Source: an uncultured Syntrophaceae bacterium (lineage in GTDB: Bacteria; Desulfobacterota; Syntrophia; Syntrophales; UBA2192). From it: a stretch of 64,000 nt of DNA. The position numbers and the translations under genes are program-made. Position 1 is the first letter of the stretch. Each line of letters begins with the position of its first letter. Under the pieces are notes generated by a model. It made no database searches. It was given only the letters and a program-made list of their open reading frames with translations, and had not been told where the DNA came from. Positions 18,301 through 27,061 of this stretch are shown here, piece by piece. Location of the stretch: contig CAZUBX010000001.1 of assembly GCA_964619035.1 (NCBI GenBank), forward strand, positions 13,089-77,088, read 5' to 3'.

Positions 18301-18604
18301 GACGTCGCTGTTCCTGACCCTTGCCGTGGTCCCTGCAGCCTACGATCTCTTCGACGACGGACAGGACTGGCTGAGGCGGGGCGAATTCAGAAAGCTTGTC
18401 ACCCCGGCTTACTGGAAGATGAGAATCAGGCAGGTTCCGGCTCTTCTGGGGAAAATCCGTCAGGCCCCGGGAGCCTTGATGTCCCTGTGGTCGAAAACGA
18501 AACAGGCGCCTCACGCCGCAACGACTCTGTGGCGGAAGATCTCGAGCCTGATCAAGAGAAAGCGAAGCGGGAGCCCGCCGGATGCAGGGGAGGGCGCCAC
18601 ATGA
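15287..18604 (+). CDS. RND inner-membrane efflux pump (AcrB/AcrD/AcrF family) with about 80-aa C-terminal extension
   Basis: 1105 aa. Typical AcrB N-terminus MWLADTSIKRPVTATMFLMALVVLGIVSY. 12-TM architecture with GLLIDDAIIVIENI and GLVKKNAILLVD motifs. Overlaps the adaptor gene by 14 nt. Confidence 0.9.
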   Translation: MWLADTSIKRPVTATMFLMALVVLGIVSYPSIGVDLYPKVDFPIVNVTTRLIGASPEIMDIDVTDKIEESINTINGVKTISSQSVEGVSVVTVEFELEKNIDLAVQDVREKISIIRSKLPTDIEEPIIQKVDPDATPVLWLSLSGSRSIGELSTYADEVLQEKLQKVTGVGAVNVTGLRLRQVRIWLSRDKLQAYQITSSDVAQALARENVEKPGGRIESLSKEYSIKVKGEFPRVSDFNDLIVAYSKGAPVRIRDIGRAEDGLEERRSIARLNGETAVGLGIQKQSGTNTVEVVDLVKKELAKVQKTLPPGMNLSISFDQSRFIKTSINEVQHHLIIGGLLAVFAVFLFLKNVRTTLISALALPISVIATFTLIQAFGFTFNNMTMLGLTLSIGLLIDDAIIVIENIYRNIELGMKPREAASFATAEIGLAVMATTMAIVAIFLPVAFMKGIIGRFFLQFALTVVFAVLVSLIISFTLTPMMSSRFLKPHGQETPGPRWKPLRMVYQRIQRMGDWLERRYGEMERVYRRFLELCLDRRKTVLVLALVIFILSLMMTRFIGKEFVPAEDQSQFIVRLEAPIDYSVDATDGLFQKAEAIVKGIPEITRLYYSQGGGRFREVNKAVFMVTLTPKKERKRSQQDIQAVIRKDLSRIPGLKASAENISLIGGGQRNVPIQYSIRGTDLDALQKYAKQITTEFARLPGIVDVDTSLESGKPEVKVYIDRDKAADLGVNIATIAEAVNFLIGGEVDVTKYKDEARGRRYDVRARLDPGDRSSPSDIGRIYVRSKDGRLVELSNVVQIQEGGGPSIINRVDRQRAVTVFANLEKKPMGQAMAELDRITAGVLPSDFTASYKGQANVMQESFQYLLFAILLGVIMAYMVLAAQFESFIHPFTVLLSLPLSFIGAFGALLITGKTLNVFSYIGLILLMGLVKKNAILLVDYTNTLRARGVDRRSAILEAGPVRLRPILMTTVAMIFGMLPVAFGVGEGAETRSPMGVSVIGGLLTSLFLTLAVVPAAYDLFDDGQDWLRRGEFRKLVTPAYWKMRIRQVPALLGKIRQAPGALMSLWSKTKQAPHAATTLWRKISSLIKRKRSGSPPDAGEGAT

Positions 18605-18620
18605 TCTGAAGGAGGGGGCC

Positions 18621-18911
18621 ATGAAGATGTTTCTGATCGTCTACTGTGATGCCGCCGATGAGGATGTGATCGAGGCCTTCAAGAAGAGCGGCGTCCGGGC
18701 CTACACGAAGATGAGCCAGGCCAGGGGAGAGGGGACGGACACGGTACCGAAACTCGGCACTCACTGCTGGCCGGGGAAGAACAACGCCCTGTTCATCGCC
18801 GCCAGCGACGACGAGGTGAGCCGCATCAAGGAGGCCATCCGCGAGATCCGGCGCGCGCACCCCCGCTCAGGTGTCAAGGGCTTCATCCTCCCCATGGAGG
18901 AGAGCGTTTGA
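18621..18911 (+). CDS. Small PII-like (ferredoxin-fold) protein downstream of RND pump
   Basis: GAAGGAGGG SD before the ATG at 18621. 96 aa with a beta-alpha-beta pattern (MKMFLIVYCDAADEDVIEAFKKSGVRAYTKM...ALFIAASDDEVSRIKEAIREIR...GFILPMEE). The family call is inference. Confidence 0.5.
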   Translation: MKMFLIVYCDAADEDVIEAFKKSGVRAYTKMSQARGEGTDTVPKLGTHCWPGKNNALFIAASDDEVSRIKEAIREIRRAHPRSGVKGFILPMEESV

Positions 18912-18918
18912 GCACGGT

Positions 18919-20310
18919 CTATCCGGCCTCGCGGGCAGGAATCGGCTTCGGGCAAAGGAACCGGAGCCACAGATACCCTGCAAGGGCGGAGAGGAGGGAT
19001 GCCAGCATAATTCCCGATTTGGCCATCACGAGCGCCTCCCGGCTGTCCGGGAAGGAAAGCTCTGCAATGAAGATCGACATGGTAAACCCGATTCCGCCCA
19101 GGAAACCAACCCCCAGCAGGTGACGCAAGGTCACGCCCGAGGGCAGAGACACCATTCCCAGCCGGATTCCCGCCCAGGAAAAAAGAAAAATCCCCACCAT
19201 CTTGCCCAGGAAGAGCCCCGAGACCACCCCGACCGTGACCGGGTGACGCAGTGTTGCCCCGATGCTTCCCCATTCCATCTCGATCCCGGCATTGGTCAGC
19301 GCGAAGATCGGGATGACCAGCAGCGCAACGGGCAGGTGCATCCGATCCTCCATGCGCCGCAGGGGCGAATCGGCGAGCCGGACCTCATCGTCGAGCCGGT
19401 TCAGGACGGACTGCAGCTCTGTACTCGTGAGCGCGCTCTCATCCTTCCCGCAACTGTTGCGGTAACGGGCGATCAACTCCTCCAGGTTGGACCGGAAATA
19501 ATCGGCGCTGTGCCGGGAGCGGGCTGGGATGCAGAAGGCGACGAGAATCCCCGTGATCGTGGCGTGAACACCGGAGTTGTAGATGAGGATCCAAAGGACC
19601 ACGCCGGCGAGAGCGTAAGGAAGGCTCCGTCGAACTCCGCTCAAGTTGAAGGCGACGAGGACGGCAAAAACGACAGCGGCCCACCCCAGTGAAGGCAGGT
19701 CGATGGACTGGGTGTAAAAGATGGCGATGACGATGACCGCCCCAATGTCGTCGACGATGGCCAGACTGACGAGAAAGATGGTCAATGCCTGGGGGATGCG
19801 ACGGCCCAGCAGGACCAGTGCGCTCACGCAGAAAGCGATGTCGGTGGCCATGGGGATTCCCCAGCCCCTGCCGAATTCGCCTGAATGGTTCAGGGACCAG
19901 TAGAAGAGCGCCGGTGTCAGCATCCCGCCCAGGGCAGCCATGATGGGAAGAAGGGCCTTTCTCGGTTCGGAGAGCTCGCCAACCCGGATCTCCCGCTTGA
20001 TCTCGAGGCCGACGACGAAAAAGAAAAAGACCATGAGCCCTTCGTTGACCAGGTGCAGCCAGGACATCTGCAGTGCCATCCCGCCCACCCTGAAAGCGAC
20101 AGGGGCGTGCGTCAGGTGCAGGTAGGTGTCACGAAAGGGGGAGTTGGCCAGCACGACAGCCACGACGGATGTGGCCAGCAGGATCATCCCGCTTGTCGTC
20201 TGACGGTGGATAAATTCCTCGAAGGGCGTCACGAGGCGGTCGAGCGACCGCTCCCAGGGGTAGAAGAATCTCCCCTCCCGGCTATCCTTTCCGGGGGGCT
20301 GTCCGCTCAT
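18919..20310 (-). CDS. nhaA: Na+/H+ antiporter NhaA
   Basis: FFFVVGLEIKREI and LAIVDDIGAVIVIAIFY are hallmark NhaA motifs. Confidence 0.9.
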   Translation of the reverse strand: MSGQPPGKDSREGRFFYPWERSLDRLVTPFEEFIHRQTTSGMILLATSVVAVVLANSPFRDTYLHLTHAPVAFRVGGMALQMSWLHLVNEGLMVFFFFVVGLEIKREIRVGELSEPRKALLPIMAALGGMLTPALFYWSLNHSGEFGRGWGIPMATDIAFCVSALVLLGRRIPQALTIFLVSLAIVDDIGAVIVIAIFYTQSIDLPSLGWAAVVFAVLVAFNLSGVRRSLPYALAGVVLWILIYNSGVHATITGILVAFCIPARSRHSADYFRSNLEELIARYRNSCGKDESALTSTELQSVLNRLDDEVRLADSPLRRMEDRMHLPVALLVIPIFALTNAGIEMEWGSIGATLRHPVTVGVVSGLFLGKMVGIFLFSWAGIRLGMVSLPSGVTLRHLLGVGFLGGIGFTMSIFIAELSFPDSREALVMAKSGIMLASLLSALAGYLWLRFLCPKPIPAREAG

Positions 20311-20347
20311 GATCGGCCTCGCGGCGATCGATGCCTGGCGATTCCGG

Positions 20348-21115
20348 TCATTCCTTTTCCACCAAGGCGTAGGCGCTGTGGTTGTGGATGCTCTCGATGT
20401 TCTCGGCCTCCACGCTGTACCAGGTGAAGTTGCTGTCGCGGTTCAATTTCACGGCTACGGAGCGCACCACGTCCTCTACGAACATGGGGTTTGCGTGGGC
20501 TGTCTCCGTCACATGCTTTTCGTCGACCCGCTTGAGCAGGGAGTAGACCTCGCCGCTTGCCGAGCCCTCCACGAGGCTGATGACATCCTCGATCCAGAAG
20601 AACTTCCTGAACCGGACCTGGACCCGCACGATGCTGCGCTGGTTGTGGGCCCCGATGCAGCTCATCTCCTTGGAACAGGGACAGACAGTCGTCACGGGCA
20701 CCGACACGCCCACCAGGAAGTCCGACCTCTCGCCGTCATTTTCTCCCGTAAACCAGCATCGGTAATCCATCAGGCTCTTCGCCCCCGAGACGGGGGCGCG
20801 CTTCTCGATGAAATAAGGGAACTCGATCTCCATGTGGGCCGAACGGGCGTTGAGCTTTTCGCGCATCTTGAGGAGGATCTTCTCGAAGCTGCGGATGTTG
20901 ATCTGTCCCCGGTATTCGTTGAGGATCTCGATGAACCGGCTCATGTGGGTGCCCTTGAAACGGTGGGGCAGGTTCACGTACATGTTGATGGCGGCATTCA
21001 CATGCTGGACCCCGTTTGCGCGGTCCTGCACGATGATCGGGTACTGAATGCCCTTGACGCCCACCTTCTTGATGTCGATCTTCCGGCGGTCCCTCCGGCT
21101 CTGAACGTCGATCAT
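20348..21115 (-). CDS. folE2: GTP cyclohydrolase FolE2 (GCYH-IB)
   Basis: MIDVQSRRDRRKIDIKKVGVKGIQYPIIV...HMSRFIEILNEY...CPCSKE is typical FolE2/MptA. The ATG at 21115 overlaps the queD stop by 4 nt. Confidence 0.85.
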   Translation of the reverse strand: MIDVQSRRDRRKIDIKKVGVKGIQYPIIVQDRANGVQHVNAAINMYVNLPHRFKGTHMSRFIEILNEYRGQINIRSFEKILLKMREKLNARSAHMEIEFPYFIEKRAPVSGAKSLMDYRCWFTGENDGERSDFLVGVSVPVTTVCPCSKEMSCIGAHNQRSIVRVQVRFRKFFWIEDVISLVEGSASGEVYSLLKRVDEKHVTETAHANPMFVEDVVRSVAVKLNRDSNFTWYSVEAENIESIHNHSAYALVEKE

Positions 21116-21486
21116 CGGCCCTCTCCCGTGTAGCTTACGCGGGCATTGTCGGATTCCCAGACCGTCACCTCGGCAAGGCGGGCGGTGAGCCCCTGCATCT
21201 TTGCGGATACTTTCTCGAAGATGAAACGCGCCACGCGCTCCGAAGTCGCGCAATCCCCGGAAAAGGAGACCAGTTCGTTCAGGTACTTGTGATCCAGCTC
21301 GTCGAGCACCTCGTCCGTCCACTTCTTGAGGTCCCGAAAATCGATGAGGATCTCCTCCGGGCCGAGTTCCCGACCCTCCACGGTAACGTCCACCTTGAAG
21401 TTGTGGCCATGGAGATTCTCGCACTTGCCGCCGATCTTCAAGGCATGGGCGGCTGAAAAGCTTTTTGTGACGGTCACTCTGAACAT
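21112..21486 (-). CDS. queD: 6-carboxytetrahydropterin synthase QueD (PTPS family)
   Basis: FSAAHAL...CENLHGHNFKV contains the Cx3HGH motif. 124 aa from the ATG at 21486. Confidence 0.85.
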   Translation of the reverse strand: MFRVTVTKSFSAAHALKIGGKCENLHGHNFKVDVTVEGRELGPEEILIDFRDLKKWTDEVLDELDHKYLNELVSFSGDCATSERVARFIFEKVSAKMQGLTARLAEVTVWESDNARVSYTGEGR

Positions 21487-21767
21487 GTCTGCTCCCTGCA
21501 ATGACTCCGTTTTTGAATGATCAAAATATATCATACTTTTCAATCGCGATGGGCAAAAGTTGGGCAGGGCGCCCCTCGTCCTGTCCAATCCGGTGAAGCG
21601 AACCCGGCCGGATCATCTACGAATATTTTGGTATAGGTTCTCATGAATCCTTCTTAGGCGAAGTCGCGAAAAAATCATCTCTTCGTCGTATTGTCATTTT
21701 CGCAGTTGCGGGGTAAGGTTTATCCCAAGAGAGTACCATCGAATCGGTTTGACGAAGGAGGGGAAAC

Positions 21768-22052
21768 GTGAAACCGGACAAGACCATCGACGATTTGATA
21801 CGGGAGAAGAATCTGTCACCGGAAGAGCTCAAACGGCATCGGGAGCTGATCGAGGAGTGCCGGATCCGGGAAGCCCAGATCAGGGAATACTCACGGGCAG
21901 CCCACGAAAGCATGAAACGCATGACGGTGGAACTGGACAAGCTGAACCGGACGGCGGAGGAACTGTGGCAGGAGGCCCAGACGCTCTCGCAGCGGGTCAG
22001 CGGGATCTGTCTGCGCCTGGCTCCGGCGCCGACGCGGAAGGTCTACCACTAG
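21768..22052 (+). CDS. Hypothetical coiled-coil protein
   Basis: GTG start follows a GAAGGAGGGG SD. Charged heptad-like sequence. Preferred over the antisense ORF 21641-21940, which is Ser/Arg-rich and has no SD. Confidence 0.45.
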   Translation: MKPDKTIDDLIREKNLSPEELKRHRELIEECRIREAQIREYSRAAHESMKRMTVELDKLNRTAEELWQEAQTLSQRVSGICLRLAPAPTRKVYH

Positions 22053-22098
22053 CCGCTTCGCGGCCGGCTTCGGGCATCCGGATTCCGGAATCTTGCAG

Positions 22099-22764
22099 CT
22101 ATTCGAGACAATCCGTGATATCCGACGCCCGCTCCAGAATCAGGTCGGCCCCGGCGGCCTTCAAGTCGGCGATGCCGGAGTAACCCGTCAGCACCCCGAT
22201 GGACAGTGCGCCGACCTCTTTCCCCACGAGAATGTCCATGGGGTGATCGCCGACCATGGCGGAGTGCGCAGGCTCCTCGTTCAGGATCCACAGCACGGCA
22301 CGGATGTGATCGGGGTGGGGCTTCACCCGCTCCGCCTCGTCCCGGGTCACGATGGCATCGCTGTAGTCCCGGATGTCGGGAAAGATCGCCGTAACCGCAT
22401 CGAGGCAATTGCGGGTGAGGATTCCCGTCTTGATCCCGCGACGCCTCAATTCCACGAGCATCTCCTTCACACCCGGAAACAGGTGGCTGTTGACGGCACC
22501 CGCCAGCTCCCGGTCGCTCACCAGCCTCAAGGCGCGACCGGAGAAGGCCCCCTCTTGCCCGGGAATTCTTCGGCCGATCCGGTCCCGAATCTCTGCGATC
22601 ATCTCGAGTACAAACAGCCGCTCCATGCCGTCTTCCGAGATCCCGTAGGTTGCCGCAAGATCGAGGATATCCTTGCGCATCTCCTTGAAATCGATGTTCA
22701 GGAGGGCCAGCGTGCCGTCAAAGTCGAAGACAACGGCGTTGAGGTTCAGAGAGAGGTTATTCAT
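22099..22764 (-). CDS. HAD-superfamily phosphatase (phosphoglycolate phosphatase-like)
   Basis: Motif I VVFDFDGTLA, motif II ILTRN, motif IV MVGDHPMD. Confidence 0.8.
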   Translation of the reverse strand: MNNLSLNLNAVVFDFDGTLALLNIDFKEMRKDILDLAATYGISEDGMERLFVLEMIAEIRDRIGRRIPGQEGAFSGRALRLVSDRELAGAVNSHLFPGVKEMLVELRRRGIKTGILTRNCLDAVTAIFPDIRDYSDAIVTRDEAERVKPHPDHIRAVLWILNEEPAHSAMVGDHPMDILVGKEVGALSIGVLTGYSGIADLKAAGADLILERASDITDCLE

Positions 22765-22779
22765 GACGGCTGCCTTGCC

Positions 22780-23736
22780 TCACGGGGAGGACGGTCCATG
22801 ATTGCCCGTCGCGTAGTCGGGACGAAGGGATTTGCGGACCACGCGGTTCGAGTTCTTTTCGGGCAGGGTGAACCCGAAGACGATCTCCAGGAAGTTCATG
22901 ACGATGGACATCGTGGCCCCCCAGAGGACCTCCTCATGACCTCCGGGCGGCGTGTAGAGAAAACAGGGGAAGTTGCGCACCGGCTCCACCTCGTGGCGGA
23001 AAGGGAGTGTCGACTCGATCTCTACGGTCAGAGTACCGTACCGGTTCCGGTCGAAAAGGGCCTTCAGCGGGATTTCGATGACCCGCTCCACCTCACGGTT
23101 GGGCTGAAACGTCCAGTCCCGCTTGACAAGTCCCACGACGGGAAAGATGATGCGTGAAAAGACGTAGAGCTCCCGTGAGGGAAGGGCTCCCAGGAATTGG
23201 ACGTTGAGCGGGTTGACCCGGATCTCTTCCCAGGCTTCCCTCAGGGCATTCGTCAGAAACAGGGAGATGTGCTCCAGGGTCTTTACACCTTTCGCTCTTG
23301 CCATCGATCGGGCTTTGCCTTGCATAATCGGTGTGAGCCCCGTCGAGATCAGGTGTCTCAGCAGGCGATCCGCCACGGGGTGGAGCATGCCGCCGGGGCA
23401 GCTGATATCCCCGGGCTGGGGGACCACGGAGGAGCGCTTGATGAGTTGCAGGACGAACCCGCCCTCCTTTCCGGTTCCCTCGTGATAGTGCAGCAGGAGG
23501 ATCACGCCTGCCGCGAGCCAGCGTTCGGCACTTCCGTTCTTACTTCGGATGAACTCGACCCGTTCCTCGTAGTCGATGGAAACGCTGCCCAGGTGCTCGA
23601 TGATTTGTTCGATGACCCCCTTGGGGGCCGAAAGATCGGGTAACTGCATTCCATGCTCCAATCGTTTGACCATTATACCCATTTCGGACGCGGCATCAAG
23701 GTGTTCATCGGCCGGAAGTCTAAAACGGTCAGACAA
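22780..23736 (-). CDS. NUDIX hydrolase, CoA-pyrophosphatase-like
   Basis: LIKRSSVVPQPGDISCPGG resembles the NudL/Nudt7 upstream motif. Nudix-box remnant ALREAWEEIRV. The start is uncertain, with several in-frame Met codons. Confidence 0.65.
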   Translation of the reverse strand: MSDRFRLPADEHLDAASEMGIMVKRLEHGMQLPDLSAPKGVIEQIIEHLGSVSIDYEERVEFIRSKNGSAERWLAAGVILLLHYHEGTGKEGGFVLQLIKRSSVVPQPGDISCPGGMLHPVADRLLRHLISTGLTPIMQGKARSMARAKGVKTLEHISLFLTNALREAWEEIRVNPLNVQFLGALPSRELYVFSRIIFPVVGLVKRDWTFQPNREVERVIEIPLKALFDRNRYGTLTVEIESTLPFRHEVEPVRNFPCFLYTPPGGHEEVLWGATMSIVMNFLEIVFGFTLPEKNSNRVVRKSLRPDYATGNHGPSSP

Positions 23737-23741
23737 AAGCG

Positions 23742-24746
23742 TCAGGCATCGCGCGTACCATCGTGGATGCTCCTCTCAATGAGGTCCTCGAACCACACCC
23801 GGAGGCGGAGGTCCTGGAGGAAACCGCAGTGCCCGCCGAAGCGTTCGATGAACACACGAAGACGGTCGTTTCCCCTGAGGGTGCGGAAATCGTCGACGGG
23901 GATGACGGGGTCGTCCTCGGCGGCGACGATGGTGACCGGCAGGGCTAGGCGGGAGAAGTCGGCTCCGGTCAGTGTATAGGTCCGAAAATATTCGAAGACG
24001 TCCGCGTACGGGGTGTAGCGAGGGATCGCGCGTTGGGTGATCTCCATGCAGCTCTTGAGCGCCATGACATCGGAGAAATCGTATTGATCGGGAAAGAGCT
24101 GCTGCTTGAGGCTCAGGGAGCGCTTCCATTTCCTCACGAAGTAGTCGCGATAGACGAAAAACCCCCCGTCAATGGCGTAGGTGGCCTTCACGGGATCCAG
24201 GACCGGACTGATGGCGATGATGTTCCTGAGGTTTCCGACCGTTGCGGCGGTCAACCGAAGGGCAATCCGGAGGCCGAAATTACCCCCCAGCGAAAACCCG
24301 ACGAGATGGCAGGGCTTGCCGCCAGACTCGGAAACGATGTTCATGACGGCCGAGAAGACTTCCTCGATCCGGGCGCTGTGAAAGACCCCTTCATTGAGGT
24401 GATGGCTCTTGCCGTGGTCTCGAAGGTTGAGGCGGAAGACGTCGTATCCGCTGCGGTAGAGCCGGCGTCCCGTCGTCAGCATATAGGTGGACTCCGAGCT
24501 GCCCTCCCAGCCGTGGAGCAGGATGACAAGACCCAGGCTCCGACCGTCGGGCTGAACGGTTCGGTAGCCCAGTAGCCGGATTCCTGAGCCTGCGTCGACG
24601 AGTGCTTCCTCGGACCGTTCCCTCAGGGGGTTTGCCCCCAGGGCCCGGATTTTCAGACTTGCAAGAATCGTCTGCACGTGCGGGTTTTTCAGTGGAAATC
24701 CCGGCTTGAACGGCGCCGGGAGGAGCGGGCTATCGGATGATCTCAT
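23742..24746 (-). CDS. Alpha/beta hydrolase, YheT/ABHD1-3-like
   Basis: VILLHGWEGSSESTYM and nucleophile elbow GFSLGGN. C-terminal GGHCGF. Confidence 0.8.
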   Translation of the reverse strand: MRSSDSPLLPAPFKPGFPLKNPHVQTILASLKIRALGANPLRERSEEALVDAGSGIRLLGYRTVQPDGRSLGLVILLHGWEGSSESTYMLTTGRRLYRSGYDVFRLNLRDHGKSHHLNEGVFHSARIEEVFSAVMNIVSESGGKPCHLVGFSLGGNFGLRIALRLTAATVGNLRNIIAISPVLDPVKATYAIDGGFFVYRDYFVRKWKRSLSLKQQLFPDQYDFSDVMALKSCMEITQRAIPRYTPYADVFEYFRTYTLTGADFSRLALPVTIVAAEDDPVIPVDDFRTLRGNDRLRVFIERFGGHCGFLQDLRLRVWFEDLIERSIHDGTRDA

Positions 24747-24833
24747 GGAAGAATGGATAACAAATATGGAGAACGTTTAAAATCATTATTTCATGATATA
24801 GTAAGATTAGAAGCAAGAGTGAAGGGATGAACC

Positions 24834-25091
24834 ATGAGCGGTGACGGCAAGTCGGGCAGACCCTATTGGCGGCATCTTGTGGGGTGGCCCCTTCTGATTC
24901 TGGGGATTATCGGCCTCGCGCTTCCTTTCCTGCAGGGAATCCTATTCATTGTGGTCGCACTGACCCTGTTGGCCCCCGAAATCCCCCTTTTCGGGCGAGT
25001 GATCGAAGCGCTGAAAAAAAGGGTTCCCTCCGTCTTCGAGAAGGTCGCCGAGATGAAAGCTTCCCTGAAAAGACGATTCGGTCAACCCTGA
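24834..25091 (+). CDS. Small two-TM membrane protein
   Basis: 85 aa with two hydrophobic helices (WPLLILGIIGLALPFLQGILFIVVALTLLAP). No family assigned. Confidence 0.5.
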   Translation: MSGDGKSGRPYWRHLVGWPLLILGIIGLALPFLQGILFIVVALTLLAPEIPLFGRVIEALKKRVPSVFEKVAEMKASLKRRFGQP

Positions 25092-25186
25092 CGGTCGTCG
25101 GGCGTTACAATAAAAGGTCCTTGAATCATAGGGCATTCGATGCTAAAGGATCAGGGCCATTAAGCAAGACGGTAAGGAGAGACCTG

Positions 25187-26938
25187 ATGAAAAAAACGAT
25201 CCTGATTGCACTGGGGATTCTTATTTTGACCGCGGCATTTTCCACCCCGGAGGCTCAACAGCAGAAAAAGATCGCCATTCTGCCTTTTTCCGTCAACAGC
25301 AGCGAAAATATCGGCTACATCCGCGACGGCATATGGGACATGCTCATCTCCCGCGTGACGGTGGGAGGGAAGACGGACGTGCTGAGCAAGTCAAGCGTCC
25401 TGGAGGCCATGGACAAGAATCAGAAAAAGGATCTCTCCGAGGCCGATGCTTCCGCCATCGGCAAGCGGCTCAAGGCCGACTTCGTCGTATGGGGTAGCAT
25501 CACCAAGATCGGCGACAGCCTGAGCCTGGACGGGAAACTGCTCGATGTGGCCTCGAGTCAGTCGCCGGTCACCCTGTTCGAGCAGACCCGCGGGATGAAC
25601 GAGGTGATTCCCAAGATCAACGATTTCTCCCAGAGGATCCGCTCCCACGTCACGGGGGAGGCCCTGGTGGTGAGCGCTGCGCCAGCCACTGCGGCTCCGG
25701 CAGCGCCGGCGGCGAGCGCGGCGGCAGCCGGTGCAATTGCCGGGGCAGGGGCAGGGTCCACGGCGGCGACCGGCAAATCCCAGGAGACGGACATCGTCAC
25801 GGGCATGCGGAAGGGAAAAACGACCTACACGGGAATCATCAACCCGGATTTCATTACGACTCCTGATTCCCCCGGCAAGAAAGGGTTCTGGATGAGCTCG
25901 AAATTCGGGACCGAATTCAAGGGCATGGATATCGGCGATGTCAACGGCGACGGCCTCAACGAAGTGGTGATCGTCGACAACAACAATGTTTACATCTATC
26001 AGAAAAAAGAAAACGAATTCAAGCTTTTGAAGAAGATCTCGGGGGGAACGTTCAATAGATACTTGGGGGTGGATATCGCCGATGTCAACGGCAATGGGAT
26101 TCCCGAGATCTTCGTGACCAGCATCAACCGCCAGATGATCGATTCGTTCGTCCTCGAATACCGGAACGGAGACTACGAGGTGATCGCGAGGGGACTTCCC
26201 TACATGATGCGGGCGATCAACTTGACAGGGACCCCGAGGCTGCTGGGGCAGATCCTCTCCAATGACCGGCAGAACGTTTTCATCAATCCGATCCATACCT
26301 TAGCCTGGGAAAACGGGAAGTACGTCCTGGGCGAGAAATTGCAGATCCCACAAGGCTTGTCCGTTTACGGGCTCACAATGGATGCCGTGGATGGAACGGG
26401 AATCGAGCGGGTGATCACGTTCGACACGAATGACTTCCTCCGAATCTATGAGAAGACCAACAAGCTGCTGATCCATCTCCAGACGGTCATGGGCGCCCCT
26501 GAACTGCTCTGGAGGAGCGATGAAGTGTACGGGGGCAGCAACAATTTTTTCACGCCCGCCTTTGCTGAAGGCACACGGAGCATGGTGGATGCCCCGGACT
26601 CGATTTACATGAACCCCAGGATTCTGACCTATGATCTCAACAAGGACGGCAAGAAGGAGGTCATCGTGATCAAGAACCTCTCTGCCATGGGGAGGGTCTT
26701 GAAGAACATGCCGCTCTTCACGTCGTCGGAGGTCTACAATCTCGAGTGGGACGGGATCGGACTGGCCGAGGTGTGGCGCACGAAAAAAATCAGCGGCTAC
26801 GTGGCCGATTACCAGATCCGGGACATCGACAACGACGGCCAGGATGAAATCGTGATGGCCATGGTGCTCTCCGTCGGTCCGAGCATCAAGACGAACAGCT
26901 GCATCGTGGCCTACAAGCTGAACATCCCGTCAAAATAG
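25187..26938 (+). CDS. Secreted FG-GAP/VCBS-repeat protein with N-terminal TolB-N/LpoB-like module
   Basis: AAGGAGA SD. Signal peptide MKKTILIALGILILTAAFS. Four Ca-binding-like D-x-N/D-x-D-G repeats (DVNGDGLNEVVIVD, DVNGNGIPEIFV, DLNKDGKKEVIVI, DIDNDGQDEIVMA). Ala-rich linker. Confidence 0.8.
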   Translation: MKKTILIALGILILTAAFSTPEAQQQKKIAILPFSVNSSENIGYIRDGIWDMLISRVTVGGKTDVLSKSSVLEAMDKNQKKDLSEADASAIGKRLKADFVVWGSITKIGDSLSLDGKLLDVASSQSPVTLFEQTRGMNEVIPKINDFSQRIRSHVTGEALVVSAAPATAAPAAPAASAAAAGAIAGAGAGSTAATGKSQETDIVTGMRKGKTTYTGIINPDFITTPDSPGKKGFWMSSKFGTEFKGMDIGDVNGDGLNEVVIVDNNNVYIYQKKENEFKLLKKISGGTFNRYLGVDIADVNGNGIPEIFVTSINRQMIDSFVLEYRNGDYEVIARGLPYMMRAINLTGTPRLLGQILSNDRQNVFINPIHTLAWENGKYVLGEKLQIPQGLSVYGLTMDAVDGTGIERVITFDTNDFLRIYEKTNKLLIHLQTVMGAPELLWRSDEVYGGSNNFFTPAFAEGTRSMVDAPDSIYMNPRILTYDLNKDGKKEVIVIKNLSAMGRVLKNMPLFTSSEVYNLEWDGIGLAEVWRTKKISGYVADYQIRDIDNDGQDEIVMAMVLSVGPSIKTNSCIVAYKLNIPSK

Positions 26939-27014
26939 GTATTTTCAGGGGCCCGACCTGAGGACGGGAACGAAAACGAGCGCATGGAGGGGCATTGGTA
27001 CGGCATGGAGAAGC

Positions 27015-27043
27015 TTGACATTTCATAAAAAGTGGGATAGAGA
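27015..27043 (+). promoter_or_regulatory. Possible tRNA promoter
   Basis: TTGACA (27015-27020), 17 nt, TAGAGA (27038-27043). It lies about 19 nt upstream of the tRNA 5' end. Confidence 0.4.
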
Positions 27044-27061
27044 AAATCCCTTATTTTTCAA

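Noticed and set aside
21487-21600. Possible preQ1 or THF riboswitch upstream of queD-folE2.
   Set aside because: I saw no preQ1-I-like short hairpin with an A-rich tail and no THF-like structure. The region looks like an AT-rich promoter (TTGAAA...TATATT).
21641-21940. 99-aa minus-strand ORF antisense to the 21768-22052 gene.
   Set aside because: It is Ser/Arg-rich with no SD. The plus-strand ORF has a strong SD and coiled-coil character. Both calls remain weak.
24866-25186. Long N-terminal extension of the FG-GAP protein ORF (start at 24866).
   Set aside because: It overlaps the separate small membrane-protein gene in another frame. A good SD plus a signal peptide begins at 25187.
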